Source of the DNA: Candidatus Latescibacterota bacterium
Lineage (GTDB): Bacteria; Latescibacterota; UBA2968
Length of the DNA: 64,000 nt
Assembly: GCA_965204375.1 (NCBI GenBank)
Contig: OZ241986.1
Coordinates: forward strand, 4,672,001-4,736,000
Direction of reading: 5' to 3'
Each line of letters begins with the position of its first letter. The stretch's first letter is position 1. Made by a program: the position numbers and the translations under genes. The notes beneath the pieces were generated by a model. It did no database searches, was not told where the DNA came from, and saw only the letters and a program-made list of their open reading frames with translations. Shown here in pieces: positions 10,118 to 22,280 of this stretch.

Positions 10118-11200
10118 CTATGGTCTCAATGTCACCTTTACGGACTGCGTTCCGTCTGCGACGAGGTCAATACCCTTATGAAAATCCTCAAGTGGCAATT
10201 GATGGGTTACGATCTGATCCATTGGGAGGAGGCCCTGTTCCAGCATTCGAATGGCAATGGGATAACAATGCGGACTCAAATGAGCGCCGTGAATATTGAG
10301 TTCTTTTGTGTCGCCAATAATCGTCCAGTCCGTTGTCACGGGTTCGCGCATTACGCTGAACTCGACAAATGTGCCGAGTTTGCAAATCATGAGCAGTCCC
10401 TGTTCTACTGCCGCGGGATGCCCGGTCGCCTCGATGTACACATCGCAACCATAACCCTCTGTCAATTTATGGACTTCGTCAATCACATCCACCGAATTTG
10501 GATTCAACCCCAGATCTGCCCCACAGGCTCTGGCTATTTCCAGCCGTTTATCACTTAGGTCTAAGGCAATTAGCAATGCGGGATTCTTCATTCGCGCAGC
10601 AGCGACCATACCCAGGCCCAGCGGTCCCGCGCCGGCAATGACGACGGTGTGGTTTAACTGAATATTGCCGCGTTCGACCGCGTGAATCGCACAGGCGAGG
10701 GGTTCTACGTACGCCGCATGCGCGGCGGGTATGGATTTTGGTACGCGATAGTTCAAGGCTCTGGCAGGTAACCTGCAATATTCGGCCATCGCGCCAAAGG
10801 TCGCCTGGCGAAAGCCATAAATATCGTGTACCATGCACATCCAGTATTGCCCGCGCAAGCAATAACGACACGCGCCGCACGGTACAATTTGTTCCGATAC
10901 GGCGAGGTCGCCAATCGCCAACCCGTATTTGTCACCCGCACCGTTGCCGAGTGCAACGACCTCTCCTACAAATTCGTGCCCGGGAATAATCGGTGCCTGG
11001 CAATAGCCCTCGCGATGGGCATCGCCCCAGAACATGGGTGCTCCCAGATAGCACTTTAAATCGCTTGCACATATACCGACGGATTGCACGCGAAGTAGAA
11101 CCTCGCCCGCCTCTACCTGTGGTACTGCGTATTCTTCCAGGCGATAATCTTCGGGCGCGCGGCACATGACTGCGGGCATTGTTTTTGGCAAATCACCCAT
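10118..11200 (-). CDS. Zinc-binding polyol/alcohol dehydrogenase (erythritol/L-threitol dehydrogenase-like)
   Basis: GICASD, GHEFVG, CGACRYCLRGQYWMC zinc site, GAGPLG. Confidence 0.9.
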   Translation of the reverse strand: MGDLPKTMPAVMCRAPEDYRLEEYAVPQVEAGEVLLRVQSVGICASDLKCYLGAPMFWGDAHREGYCQAPIIPGHEFVGEVVALGNGAGDKYGLAIGDLAVSEQIVPCGACRYCLRGQYWMCMVHDIYGFRQATFGAMAEYCRLPARALNYRVPKSIPAAHAAYVEPLACAIHAVERGNIQLNHTVVIAGAGPLGLGMVAAARMKNPALLIALDLSDKRLEIARACGADLGLNPNSVDVIDEVHKLTEGYGCDVYIEATGHPAAVEQGLLMICKLGTFVEFSVMREPVTTDWTIIGDTKELNIHGAHLSPHCYPIAIRMLEQGLLPMDQIVTHQLPLEDFHKGIDLVADGTQSVKVTLRP

Positions 11201-11213
11201 ATCAATCCTTTTC

Positions 11214-11242
11214 TTGACAAGAGAAAGACGTTAGGATACACT
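11214..11242 (+). promoter_or_regulatory. Putative sigma70 promoter of hom
   Basis: TTGACA-N17-TACACT upstream of the GTG start at 11298. Confidence 0.6.
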
Positions 11243-11297
11243 TTTACAGTATATAAAAAAAGACAACAATTTTCATCTCTAACCTTAAGAGGTAAAA

Positions 11298-12593
11298 GTG
11301 GCGATTGGTATTGGCTTGATTGGCATGGGCGTTGTGGGCGGCGGTGTGGCCCGCATCCTTCGAGATCGGGAACGCGAATTCAAACACGTTCGGGGCCTCA
11401 ATCTCGATATTCGCAAAGTTGCTGTGCGCGATTTGTCCAAATCTCGCGCAATTGATTTGATTCCCGATTGTTTTACGACCAATCCTATGGATGTGGTCGC
11501 GGATCCGACAATTCAGATTGTGGTCGAGGTGATGGGCGGTGTTGATGCGGCTTATGATCTCGTTCTCGCGGCGCTTCAAAATGGGAAAGATGTTGTTACG
11601 GCGAACAAAGCCCTTCTCGCCGAACGCGGGGACAGCCTGTTTGAGGCTGCGGTGAAAAATAATGTAGGACTCGGCTTTGAAGCCAGTGTCTGCGGTGGGA
11701 TTCCCATTATCCAGACACTCAGCCAGGGTCTGGTCGCCAATAATATTCAATCGCTTTACGGTATTCTCAACGGCACGACGAACTACATCCTCACCCGCAT
11801 GACAGAAGCCGGAGAGGATTTTGGTCCCATGCTCAAAGAAGCACAGGACAAAGGATTCGCCGAAGCCGATCCCACCATGGATATCGACGGCACGGATGCG
11901 GCTCAAAAGCTCGCGCTTCTCTGTCGCCTCGCCTTTCGCCAGCGCGTCTCGTCCGGCGATATTCTCAAAGAGGGTATCTCTCACATCACTGCGTTAGATA
12001 TCGACTTTGCCCGCGAACTCGGCTATACCATCAAATTGCTCGGCATAGCCCGCGTAGTGGGTAATCGCATTGAAGTGCGTGTGCATCCCGCCTTTGTGCC
12101 TCACGATGCACTCTTGGCCGATATTCGCAATGAATTCAACGCTGTAGAAATTGTCGGTAGTGCGGTTGACGCCCAGGTCTTTTACGGCAAAGGTGCCGGT
12201 GAATTGCCCACAGCCAGCGCGGTGGTCGCCGACCTGGTCGCCATTTCGGAGCGACGCAAAGCCGGTCTTGGTCCCGCGGGAGCACCGCTTGCTCCACTGC
12301 CCGAGGCGGACCTCGTTCCCACCGGCGATATTCAGACCGGCAGCTATTGTAGGCTTACTGTTTACGACAAGCCCGGGGTTCTGGCACAGGTTGCAGCGCT
12401 CTTTGCCGATGAAGATATCAGCATAGAAACGGTCATCCAGCACGGGCGCTCGGAAACAGAAGGTGGCACGGTTCCCCTGATCATGATCACGCACGATGCT
12501 CCCGAATCCGCGATGCAACGCGCCATCGCACGCATCGGGAATTTGTCCGCTGTGACAGAAAAACCGCAGATTATTCGGATTTTGCATCCGTGA
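11298..12593 (+). CDS. hom: Homoserine dehydrogenase with C-terminal ACT domain
   Basis: GMGVVGGG, VVTANKA, FEASVCGGIP, GILNGTTNY, GFAEADP, GAGELPTASAV, DKPGVLA. Confidence 0.96.
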   Translation: MAIGIGLIGMGVVGGGVARILRDREREFKHVRGLNLDIRKVAVRDLSKSRAIDLIPDCFTTNPMDVVADPTIQIVVEVMGGVDAAYDLVLAALQNGKDVVTANKALLAERGDSLFEAAVKNNVGLGFEASVCGGIPIIQTLSQGLVANNIQSLYGILNGTTNYILTRMTEAGEDFGPMLKEAQDKGFAEADPTMDIDGTDAAQKLALLCRLAFRQRVSSGDILKEGISHITALDIDFARELGYTIKLLGIARVVGNRIEVRVHPAFVPHDALLADIRNEFNAVEIVGSAVDAQVFYGKGAGELPTASAVVADLVAISERRKAGLGPAGAPLAPLPEADLVPTGDIQTGSYCRLTVYDKPGVLAQVAALFADEDISIETVIQHGRSETEGGTVPLIMITHDAPESAMQRAIARIGNLSAVTEKPQIIRILHP

Positions 12594-12612
12594 GGGGATG
12601 TGAAAACAAAAA

Positions 12613-12638
12613 AGCGGCAGAGTTTTTTCTCTGCCGCT
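12613..12638. terminator. Hairpin terminator between convergent hom and gyrA
   Basis: AGCGGCAGAG-tttttt-CTCTGCCGCT 10-bp stem, preceded by an A-run (U-tract on the minus strand). Confidence 0.75.
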
Positions 12639-12665
12639 GCGTATTTCAATCCAAAAATGTATTGT

Positions 12666-15311
12666 TCACTTCCATCCTGCGCGCTTTTGCACCTCGCGCC
12701 ATAATGCCTTCATCGTTCCGTTTTCCTCAGCCGTGTTCTCCTCTCCAGTTTCACTTACTTCTTCAGATGTTGCATCCATCGCGGTTTCGCCTTCTTCTTC
12801 CTCATCCTGATTGATCACCTGTGCCACATCAATTACCTGATCGCCGTCATCTGGGTTGATCAATCGCACGCCCTGCGTATTGCGCCCTATCACGCTCACG
12901 TCCGCTACTTTCTGACGGATCAAGATGCCATTCTGTGTCACAATCACCATATCGTCGCGGCTATCTTCCGTCACGCCCATCACCGATACTACAGGACCAT
13001 TGCGATCTGTAGTCTTGATGTTGATTACGCCTTTTCCGCCCCGGTTTGTCAGGCGATACTCCGAAATCGGCGAGCGCTTGCCATATCCATTGGCACATAT
13101 CGACAATAAATGAGACTGTTCTACCTCTTCAGGTTTAACGACGACCATGCCTACCACGACATCATCGCCTTGCAAAGACACGCCGCGCACACCCTGTGAG
13201 TTGCGTCCCATAGCCCGCACTTTGTTTTCTTCAAAGTACACAGCTTGCCCATGCTTTGTGGCAATGACTATCCGGTCGTCTCCTCCCGTAATCGCGGCTT
13301 TGATTAGCTGATCGTCTTCCCGCACATTCATCGCAATAATGCCACCCTTGCGCGGGCGACTATAAGCCGATAGCGCGGTCTTTTTCGTTAGGCCCTTTCG
13401 GGTTATAGACAGCAGATAGCGATCTTCGTCAAATGAACTGCTGGCGCAGTTGGACACCGCTCCGCGCACGGGCACGACTTCGGCTACCTTATGCCCATAG
13501 GGGATATCCACGACATTGACAATGGGCCGCCCGCGCGCTTGACGCGTACCCCGCGGAATTTCATGGACTTTTAACCACACACAGTGCCCGCGGTCTGTCA
13601 ATACGAGGATATAACTATGCGTGGAAGCCACGAATAAGCTTTCTACAAAATCTTCATCTTTTGTTCGCATACCCGTGATCCCACGCCCGCCCCGGTTTTG
13701 TGCGCGATAAGTGGATACGGGAATGCGTTTGATGTACCCGTTGTGAGAAATTGTAATGACCATATCTTCTTCGTGGATCAAATCTTCAATACTGAACTCA
13801 GAGGCCGCGAACACGATTTCTGACCGCCGCTCGTCGCCATATTTTTCGCGCATCACACCCAATTCGTCTTTGACAATTTTCATACGCAATTCGCGGTTGT
13901 CCAGGATAGAGCGCAATCGTTCAATCTCTTGTGTCAGTTCGCGATGTTCGGCTTCTATCTTCTGCTGTTCCATGTTGGTCAATCGCTGCAATGTCATGGA
14001 CAGAATGGCCTGTACCTGGCGTTCAGACAATTGGTGTTGTTCTTCGGTCGATTGGAGTTGTCCTCTAGACAATTTGAGTTGTGTCAACGCACGCCGCGCT
14101 TCATTGGTATCTTTTGAACCGCGGATAATGCGGATTACTTCGTCGATATTGTCCTGAGCGAGTATTAATCCTTCCAGGATATGTGCGCGATCTTCAGCTA
14201 CTCGCAGTTCGTATTCCGTGCGTCGCTTTACGACATCGTGGCGGTGGTCGATATAACACTGCAACATATGCTTCAAGGTCACTTGTTGCGGCCGGCCGTT
14301 GACCAGCGCAACCATATTGGCCGCAAATGTCGTTTCCAGTTGGGTGTGTTTGTAGAGTTGATTCAAGATCACATCCCCGACCACGTCGCGTTTGAGTTCC
14401 ACGACGATGCGCAGCCCATCGCGGTCGGATTCATCCTGAATATTTGAAATCCCTTCAATGCGTTTTTCGCGTACCAGATCCGCCATTTTTTCCAATAGCG
14501 TTGTCTTGTTCACCATATAGGGGATTTCTGTGATGATAATGGTTTCTCGACCGGTTTTGTCTTCTTCTATATCGGCTTTTGCCCGAATCTTCAGATGTCC
14601 GCGTCCCGTGGTATAGGCATCTAAAACGCCCCCCATACCATAAATGATGCCGCCGGTTGGAAAGTCGGGTGCTTTGATATATTCCGTCAATTCAACGATA
14701 TCCAATTCGGGATTGTCGATCAATGCGACAAGGCCATCGGCGACCTCCTGCAAATTGTGCGGTGGAATTGCCGTGGCCATTGTGGTGGCAATGCCCACAG
14801 CGCCGTTGCAAATCATGTTTGGAAACGCAGAAGGCAATACCTGGGGCTCTTCCAGGCGCTCGTCGTAGTTGGGGCGGTAATCAACGGTCTCTTTCTCGAG
14901 ATCGTTCAACATCTCATGCCCCGGTCCGGCCATGCGCGCTTCTGTGTAGCGCATTGCAGCGGGCGGATACCCGTCGATGGAGCCAAAATTCCCCTGTCCA
15001 TCTACGAGTGGATAACGCAACTTAAAATCCTGCGCCAGATGCACCAGCGTTGGATAGACAATGTCTTCACCGTGCGGATGATAATTGCCCGAGGCATGAC
15101 CGGCAATATGAGCGCATTTTCGATGCTGCCGGTTTGCGCCCAGGCCGAGGTCATTCATCGCGACCAAAATGCGTCTTTGCGATGGCTTCATCCCATCGCG
15201 CACATCCGGCAATGCGCGATTGACCAGTGTGCTCATCGAATAATCGAGCATGGACTTCTTCAACTCATCGCCAATTTCAACAGGGATCACCCGCGATCGT
15301 TCTATCATCAT
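12666..15311 (-). CDS. gyrA: DNA gyrase subunit A
   Basis: RALPDVRDG, YHPHG, GQGNFGS, catalytic AAMRYTE, GyrA-box QNRGGRG, beta-pinwheel CTD. Confidence 0.97.
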   Translation of the reverse strand: MMIERSRVIPVEIGDELKKSMLDYSMSTLVNRALPDVRDGMKPSQRRILVAMNDLGLGANRQHRKCAHIAGHASGNYHPHGEDIVYPTLVHLAQDFKLRYPLVDGQGNFGSIDGYPPAAMRYTEARMAGPGHEMLNDLEKETVDYRPNYDERLEEPQVLPSAFPNMICNGAVGIATTMATAIPPHNLQEVADGLVALIDNPELDIVELTEYIKAPDFPTGGIIYGMGGVLDAYTTGRGHLKIRAKADIEEDKTGRETIIITEIPYMVNKTTLLEKMADLVREKRIEGISNIQDESDRDGLRIVVELKRDVVGDVILNQLYKHTQLETTFAANMVALVNGRPQQVTLKHMLQCYIDHRHDVVKRRTEYELRVAEDRAHILEGLILAQDNIDEVIRIIRGSKDTNEARRALTQLKLSRGQLQSTEEQHQLSERQVQAILSMTLQRLTNMEQQKIEAEHRELTQEIERLRSILDNRELRMKIVKDELGVMREKYGDERRSEIVFAASEFSIEDLIHEEDMVITISHNGYIKRIPVSTYRAQNRGGRGITGMRTKDEDFVESLFVASTHSYILVLTDRGHCVWLKVHEIPRGTRQARGRPIVNVVDIPYGHKVAEVVPVRGAVSNCASSSFDEDRYLLSITRKGLTKKTALSAYSRPRKGGIIAMNVREDDQLIKAAITGGDDRIVIATKHGQAVYFEENKVRAMGRNSQGVRGVSLQGDDVVVGMVVVKPEEVEQSHLLSICANGYGKRSPISEYRLTNRGGKGVINIKTTDRNGPVVSVMGVTEDSRDDMVIVTQNGILIRQKVADVSVIGRNTQGVRLINPDDGDQVIDVAQVINQDEEEEGETAMDATSEEVSETGEENTAEENGTMKALWREVQKRAGWK

Positions 15312-15329
15312 TGTCTCATCGTCTCCTTT

Positions 15330-17640
<2,311 letters not shown>

Positions 17641-17644
<4 letters not shown>

Positions 17645-18726
17645 AATTTCAACAGCCGAAATCCGTGTGCTTCAAAATCCAAATCCGGATCGCGTGCTGA
17701 GGTTACGACTACCTGCCCAAAATCGGGAATGAGGTTCAATACGGCTTTTGCCCGTTTGGGATCGAGTTCTGAAAACACATCGTCCATCAGCAAGACAGGG
17801 CACCACCCGGTCTGTTGTTCCAAAAATGTCGCTTCAGCCAATTTCCAGGAGAGCAGAACGGTTTTCAGTTGGCCCTGGGATGCGAATTGATGTACAGCTT
17901 TGTCATCAAGTGTAAAAATCAGATTGTCGCGGTGTGGTCCCGTAAGTGTATATCGCAGTTCGACTTCCTGTGGCAACCGGGTCGTCAGCGCTTCGAAGAG
18001 TATTTCCCTGCCCTGGTCGCGCGTTTCCAGGGTTATGGGACTGCGGTAATTCGCTTTCATTTTTTCTGATGTGGGCGCGATGGCCCGATAGTATTCAGAT
18101 AGAAGATGTTGTATATCATTCAGTGCTTCGAGACGGCGAGATATAATGCGAGCACCCAAATTGGACAATTGCTCATTCCACGGTTCAACTTGTTCGGGAT
18201 GTGATAACAATGCTGAACGGCGGTCTTTTAACAACCGATTGCGCTGTGCCAAAACGCGCTGATACCCTTCCAGGTCAGCCAAATAGGACGCGCTTGATTG
18301 CGAAACGAGAATATCTAAAATGCGGCGGCGCTGAGCTGGTTCGCGCAATACGAGATCCACATCTTCGGGAGAGAACAAAACAGCGTTGAATGCGCCAATG
18401 AGGTCCGAAAGGCGGGGAAGAGAGGTCTCTGCAACAGAGGCTTGTTTTTTGCCAACAAGGGGATCGTAGGCAATGCGAATGGGGAAGGAACGATCTTCGC
18501 GCTCAATCTGGGCTTCGATCACAAAATAGTTAGCACCCCACCTGAGCACATCCCGATCTCTGGCACCTCGACCCGATTTGGCCAGTGCCAAAAAGTACAA
18601 CGCTTCTAAAACATTTGATTTACCGCGGGCATTATCTGCCCAGATTGCCGTTTTTGCCTGATCAAATGTAAATTCAGCATGCCCAAAGTTTCGAAAATTG
18701 GTGAGTTTAAGTGAGGAAACATACAT
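17641..18726 (-). CDS. recF: DNA replication and repair protein RecF
   Basis: NFRN, NARGKSNVLEA, GPHRDNL, ASQGQLK, LLMDDVFSELD. Confidence 0.96.
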
Positions 18727-19901
18727 CAGTCATTGAGCCGCAAGGGCATAAGGAGACAAAGATAGTCTTCGCCTTCGAGTTGTTCACCGGGTCTTATGAT
18801 TCCCGCGGCAACAGCACTGTCGAGTTCAAAGAGGATTTCGTCACAGTTAATGCGCCGGAGCACATCTTGTAGATAGCCGGAATTATATCCAATGGTCATT
18901 TCATCTTCATCGTATTCAACGTCCATAGATTCGCGTGCTTCGCCTCCTATTTCCTGGCTGGTCGCCGATAATGCGAGTTCATCCTTTTTGAGTTCGAGCC
19001 GCAATTGATGGGTCTGAGCACTTGCCAGAATGGATACGCGCCGCACCGCAGGCAGCAATTGGCTGTTCGAAACGCGAAGGCGCTTGCCGTTGTTTTGAGG
19101 AATCACCTGTTCGTAATCGACATAGGGACCTTCAATCAGTCGAGAGAAGATCTGGATGGCGTCTTCGTCGCCCAGGGAAAAAAGCACATGGCTTTGCCCG
19201 AGTTGCACTTTTTGAAGATCTGATCCCCCGCCCATGAGTTTAACCACCTGATTCAAAGCATGAGGTGGAACAATGGCCTCTTTATTTTGATCGGGCAAGC
19301 CATCTTGAATCCGCGAATATTTGACCAGGCGATGACCATCTGTTGCCACCATGGTCATGCGTCCATTGCCAACCTGCCAGAGTACTCCTGTGAGCACCGG
19401 ACGCGTTTCATCGCGAGATACGGCAAAGATCGTTTTAGAAATCATTTCGCTGAGGACATCGCTATCAGCCGAAGAATCCTGAGAATCCTCATCTTCATCG
19501 GACAGAAACGCGATCTCGGGACCATCGATCTCCGTAGGCAAGTCGGGAAAATCGTCAGATGGCACCGACATCAAGGCATAAGTTCCTTCGGCGCCACTTT
19601 GGCGCTGGAGCGTTACACGACCTTCTTCTGCGGTGAGGGATAGGGTTTCTTCGGGCAACTCGCGCACAATTTCTGAGAATTTGCGCGCTGGCACCGTTGT
19701 TGCCCCGGCGTCTTCGATGGTGGCTGAAAGTTTGCATGTTATTGATATATCGAGATCTGTGGCACTCAAACACACATCGCTACCATTGTTTGCATCTATC
19801 AGGATATTGGACAGTACTGGCAATGCGGTTTTAGAGGGCACGATATCGATCACAGCCTGGATACCTTTGAGGAGTTCATCTTTTTCTATTAAAACTTTCA
19901 T
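18726..19901 (-). CDS. dnaN: DNA polymerase III beta sliding clamp
   Basis: LPVLSNILI, ATDLDI, RPVLTGV, VATDGHRL, SRLIEGPY, LLMPLR; start MKVLIEK with a GGGAGA RBS. Confidence 0.97.
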   Translation of the reverse strand: MKVLIEKDELLKGIQAVIDIVPSKTALPVLSNILIDANNGSDVCLSATDLDISITCKLSATIEDAGATTVPARKFSEIVRELPEETLSLTAEEGRVTLQRQSGAEGTYALMSVPSDDFPDLPTEIDGPEIAFLSDEDEDSQDSSADSDVLSEMISKTIFAVSRDETRPVLTGVLWQVGNGRMTMVATDGHRLVKYSRIQDGLPDQNKEAIVPPHALNQVVKLMGGGSDLQKVQLGQSHVLFSLGDEDAIQIFSRLIEGPYVDYEQVIPQNNGKRLRVSNSQLLPAVRRVSILASAQTHQLRLELKKDELALSATSQEIGGEARESMDVEYDEDEMTIGYNSGYLQDVLRRINCDEILFELDSAVAAGIIRPGEQLEGEDYLCLLMPLRLND

Positions 19902-20016
19902 GAATGCGTTTCTCCCGAGCGCGTTGAGCACTTTGTAAATGATTTTTTGCAGCGTGGAATAGTGTGTTCTGGGGGGATGAAAAACGATAGATTTTTTACC
20001 CAATTACAAACACCAT

Positions 20017-20045
20017 AATTTACTGAATTTTAACGATTTTGTCAA
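20017..20045 (-). promoter_or_regulatory. Putative sigma70 promoter of the dnaN-recF-dciA-gyrB-gyrA operon
   Basis: Minus strand TTGACA-N17-TAAATT in an AT-rich intergenic region. Confidence 0.55.
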
Positions 20046-20104
20046 CCTTACTTTTTGTCTTAAAACCCTCTGTGTCCCAAAGAATTATCAGAAAAAAAAA
20101 CAGT

Positions 20105-20175
20105 AACTTAAACGGTTATAAATTCACGTCTTTCCGTCAGCCATCATAATCCTTTGTAATAACCTTGACGTGTGC
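20105..20175. repeat. Direct repeat copy 1 (degenerate duplicate of the addA 3' end, running into a -35 box)
   Basis: 39 bp identical to 22012-22050, similarity continues to ttgac.tgtgc; matches addA at 25490-25523. Confidence 0.9.
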
Positions 20176-20193
20176 ATCATTTGTGCATATATT
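20165..20193 (+). promoter_or_regulatory. Sigma70 promoter, probably leaderless, for brnTA
   Basis: TTGACG-N17-TATATT; ATG 7 nt after the -10 box (20200); no SD visible. Confidence 0.65.
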
Positions 20194-20199
20194 TGTTTT

Positions 20200-20475
20200 A
20201 TGAATTATCAATGGGATCCAGAAAAAGCAGAATCAAATTTCCTTACACATGGTGTTGATTTCGCTGACTCAGTTGGCGTATTTGAGGATATCTGGGCATT
20301 GACCTTGAAAGAAGAGATTGAATCGGATGAGCAACGATTTGCCACTCTTGGTACCGATTTCTTTGGACGAATTTTGGTTGTCGTTTATACATATCGAAAC
20401 GAAGACATCCGTTTAATTTCCGCTCGCCCTGCAACGCGTCGGGAAAGGAGAATATATGAACAAAAAAGAATATAA
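20200..20475 (+). CDS. brnT: BrnT family toxin
   Basis: WDPEKAESNFLTHGVDF, EQRFATLG, LVVVYT, IRLISARPATRRER. Confidence 0.92.
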   Translation: MNYQWDPEKAESNFLTHGVDFADSVGVFEDIWALTLKEEIESDEQRFATLGTDFFGRILVVVYTYRNEDIRLISARPATRRERRIYEQKRI

Positions 20476-20716
20476 TTTTGAGACCGCCCAACAAGGCCCT
20501 GTCGTTCAGCCGCCACTTGGCAAAACGCGCATCACTATTCGCCTGGACACAGACATTCTGAATTGGTTTAAGAAACAGGTTCACGATGCAGGGGGCGGAA
20601 ATTATCAGACGCTTGTGAACCAGGCCCTCAGAGAACACGTCCAGGCTAACAATGGCGCATTGGAACAAACACTACGCAAAGTCATTCGCGAAGAACTCGG
20701 TTCATACTCAGTATAG
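20456..20716 (+). CDS. brnA: BrnA family antitoxin
   Basis: KTRITIRLDTDILNWFK...YQTLVNQALR; overlaps brnT. Confidence 0.92.
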   Translation: MNKKEYNFETAQQGPVVQPPLGKTRITIRLDTDILNWFKKQVHDAGGGNYQTLVNQALREHVQANNGALEQTLRKVIREELGSYSV

Positions 20717-20724
20717 CAAAAAGA

Positions 20725-20759
20725 AAAGACGCCGATACTACCCAAGCATCGGCGTCTTT
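20725..20759. terminator. Bidirectional terminator-like hairpin
   Basis: AAAGACGCCGAT...ATCGGCGTCTTT 12-bp stem between convergent genes. Confidence 0.75.
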
Positions 20760-20838
20760 GTCCGTAAACGATAATGGCTATTTTATCACAGCGGTTTTAA
20801 ACGTCCTTTTGGAGATAGGCGATATAAAATGAATCTTC

Positions 20839-21858
20839 TCATGTGATTTTCTTCAGGTATGTGCACAACTCGTTTTCCAAATTTTTTGCTTCATCCTGAG
20901 AAAGGTATGGCACTTTAAGGGTTCGAGCCCAGAAAAAGCTCTTTCCAGTAATTTCAGATACTTTCCCAAAGGGCATGGCAACTATCTCTTGACCCTTTTT
21001 AGGAACTGGAGTAGTAAATTTCACATCCCGATACTTGGCATTCTCATCATCCAGTGACACTATATTACCTTTTTTTACTCGGCCAGCAGCAACAAGGCCT
21101 TCCCCTCTGTGTGAAAAGAACACGGTGTCATCCGGATAAATATATTCAATAAACCGCTTTGTATCTCCCCAGGCGGCTACTCGGCTATTTTCTATCATAT
21201 ACCAAATTGAGTCTTCAAAATAAGTTCTATTAGTATCGAACAACACCCCTTTGGTGTCACTTGGGTTCCTGTGCTTATCATAAGGTAATGCAAAGAACTC
21301 AAAATATTGTTCGCCGTTCAGGTCATAGATTCTATACGGCAAAAAGTCGATTGAAATTCCTTGTTTTTTCCAATAATCCACTGCATTAATGAGGCTATCA
21401 TCTGCGGCACTACCAATTATTATTAGTCGTTGTTTGTTATTGATCTCTTTTGCGTCCAATTTATACTCAAGGTCAAAGGCCTCTTTGTGTGCTTCGCGTA
21501 AATCAGTATCTTTATATTGTCGGTATTTATTTTCCAAGGTTTCGTAACTCCATTGTCCGGCCCCTTGTGCATAACGTAGGGCCTGGTGTACAGCATCTTC
21601 GCCAGCAGTTTCTCTTTTTAGTTCGAATATAATCAGTTCGCCTTTTTCATCTAATGCATAGATATCCGCTTCACCTTGACCTTGCCGTTCTTGAAATATT
21701 GGCATTAAACTGGCATCCTCAAATAGAACATCAAGAATATTCCTCGCTATCAAATCCTCCAGGTCTTTTTCGCGATTTCCAAAGCTAGAAAAATTCTTGA
21801 ATGCTACGGGTTTGAGTGTATCGAACTTCCCGTCAGTTGAGCCAAGTTTGTACAGCAT
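20839..21858 (-). CDS. PD-(D/E)XK (NucS-like) endonuclease with a possible C-terminal PUA/EVE-like domain
   Basis: EKDLED, ADIYALD...IIFELKR...QALRY; C-terminal DTVFFSHRGEGLVAAGRV; AT-rich. Confidence 0.7.
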   Translation of the reverse strand: MLYKLGSTDGKFDTLKPVAFKNFSSFGNREKDLEDLIARNILDVLFEDASLMPIFQERQGQGEADIYALDEKGELIIFELKRETAGEDAVHQALRYAQGAGQWSYETLENKYRQYKDTDLREAHKEAFDLEYKLDAKEINNKQRLIIIGSAADDSLINAVDYWKKQGISIDFLPYRIYDLNGEQYFEFFALPYDKHRNPSDTKGVLFDTNRTYFEDSIWYMIENSRVAAWGDTKRFIEYIYPDDTVFFSHRGEGLVAAGRVKKGNIVSLDDENAKYRDVKFTTPVPKKGQEIVAMPFGKVSEITGKSFFWARTLKVPYLSQDEAKNLENELCTYLKKIT

Positions 21859-22011
21859 AACATCTTCTCCTTGTTGACGTGATGTGAGACTTTAAAGGTG
21901 GTCAAGTCCTATTAGCCAGCAGCAACAACCTTTCCTGTGCGATCTATCTTTTTTTCATTGTCATTGTGATGTCCTTTATTTGATGCGGTAAGGCAAGCGA
22001 GGGTTTCGGGC

Positions 22012-22080
22012 AACTTAAACGGTTATAAATTCACGTCTTTCCGTCAGCCACAAGCCCTTTGTAATAATCTTGACATGTGC
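22012..22080. repeat. Direct repeat copy 2 (duplicate of the addA 3' end)
   Basis: Minus strand translates IITKGLWLTERREFITV* versus AddA VIAKGLWLTERREFSGI*. Confidence 0.9.
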
Positions 22081-22098
22081 GTACCTTTGTTTTATAAA
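22070..22098 (+). promoter_or_regulatory. Near-consensus sigma70 promoter upstream of the LRR gene
   Basis: TTGACA-N17-TATAAA. Confidence 0.7.
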
Positions 22099-22280
22099 TT
22101 GCGCCTTACGCCAAAGGTGAGATTGTCCGCAAATTTGTTGGTAATCAGAACTGCGAAACGTTCTTAGAAGCGACGTGACTGGCGATTAACAATTAAAGAC
22201 AGAAGTGAGACGTAAGAGGTAAAAGGGCCATCCAACACCACCAAAAGCAGTTAGCTTTAATCGAAAGGAGTTTGTAAATC

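Noticed and set aside
11244-11984. 246-aa ORF antisense to hom (and similar shadows at 5098-5835, 47511-48284, 52621-53415)
   Set aside because: Overlap well-supported genes and show no recognisable motifs
19902-20104. oriC with a DnaA-box cluster
   Set aside because: Only matches with about two mismatches were found, so it is not called as a feature; kept only as a skew-based finding
21914-21927. 14-bp match (gccagcagcaacaa) to the interior of the adjacent nuclease gene
   Set aside because: Too short to support a duplication
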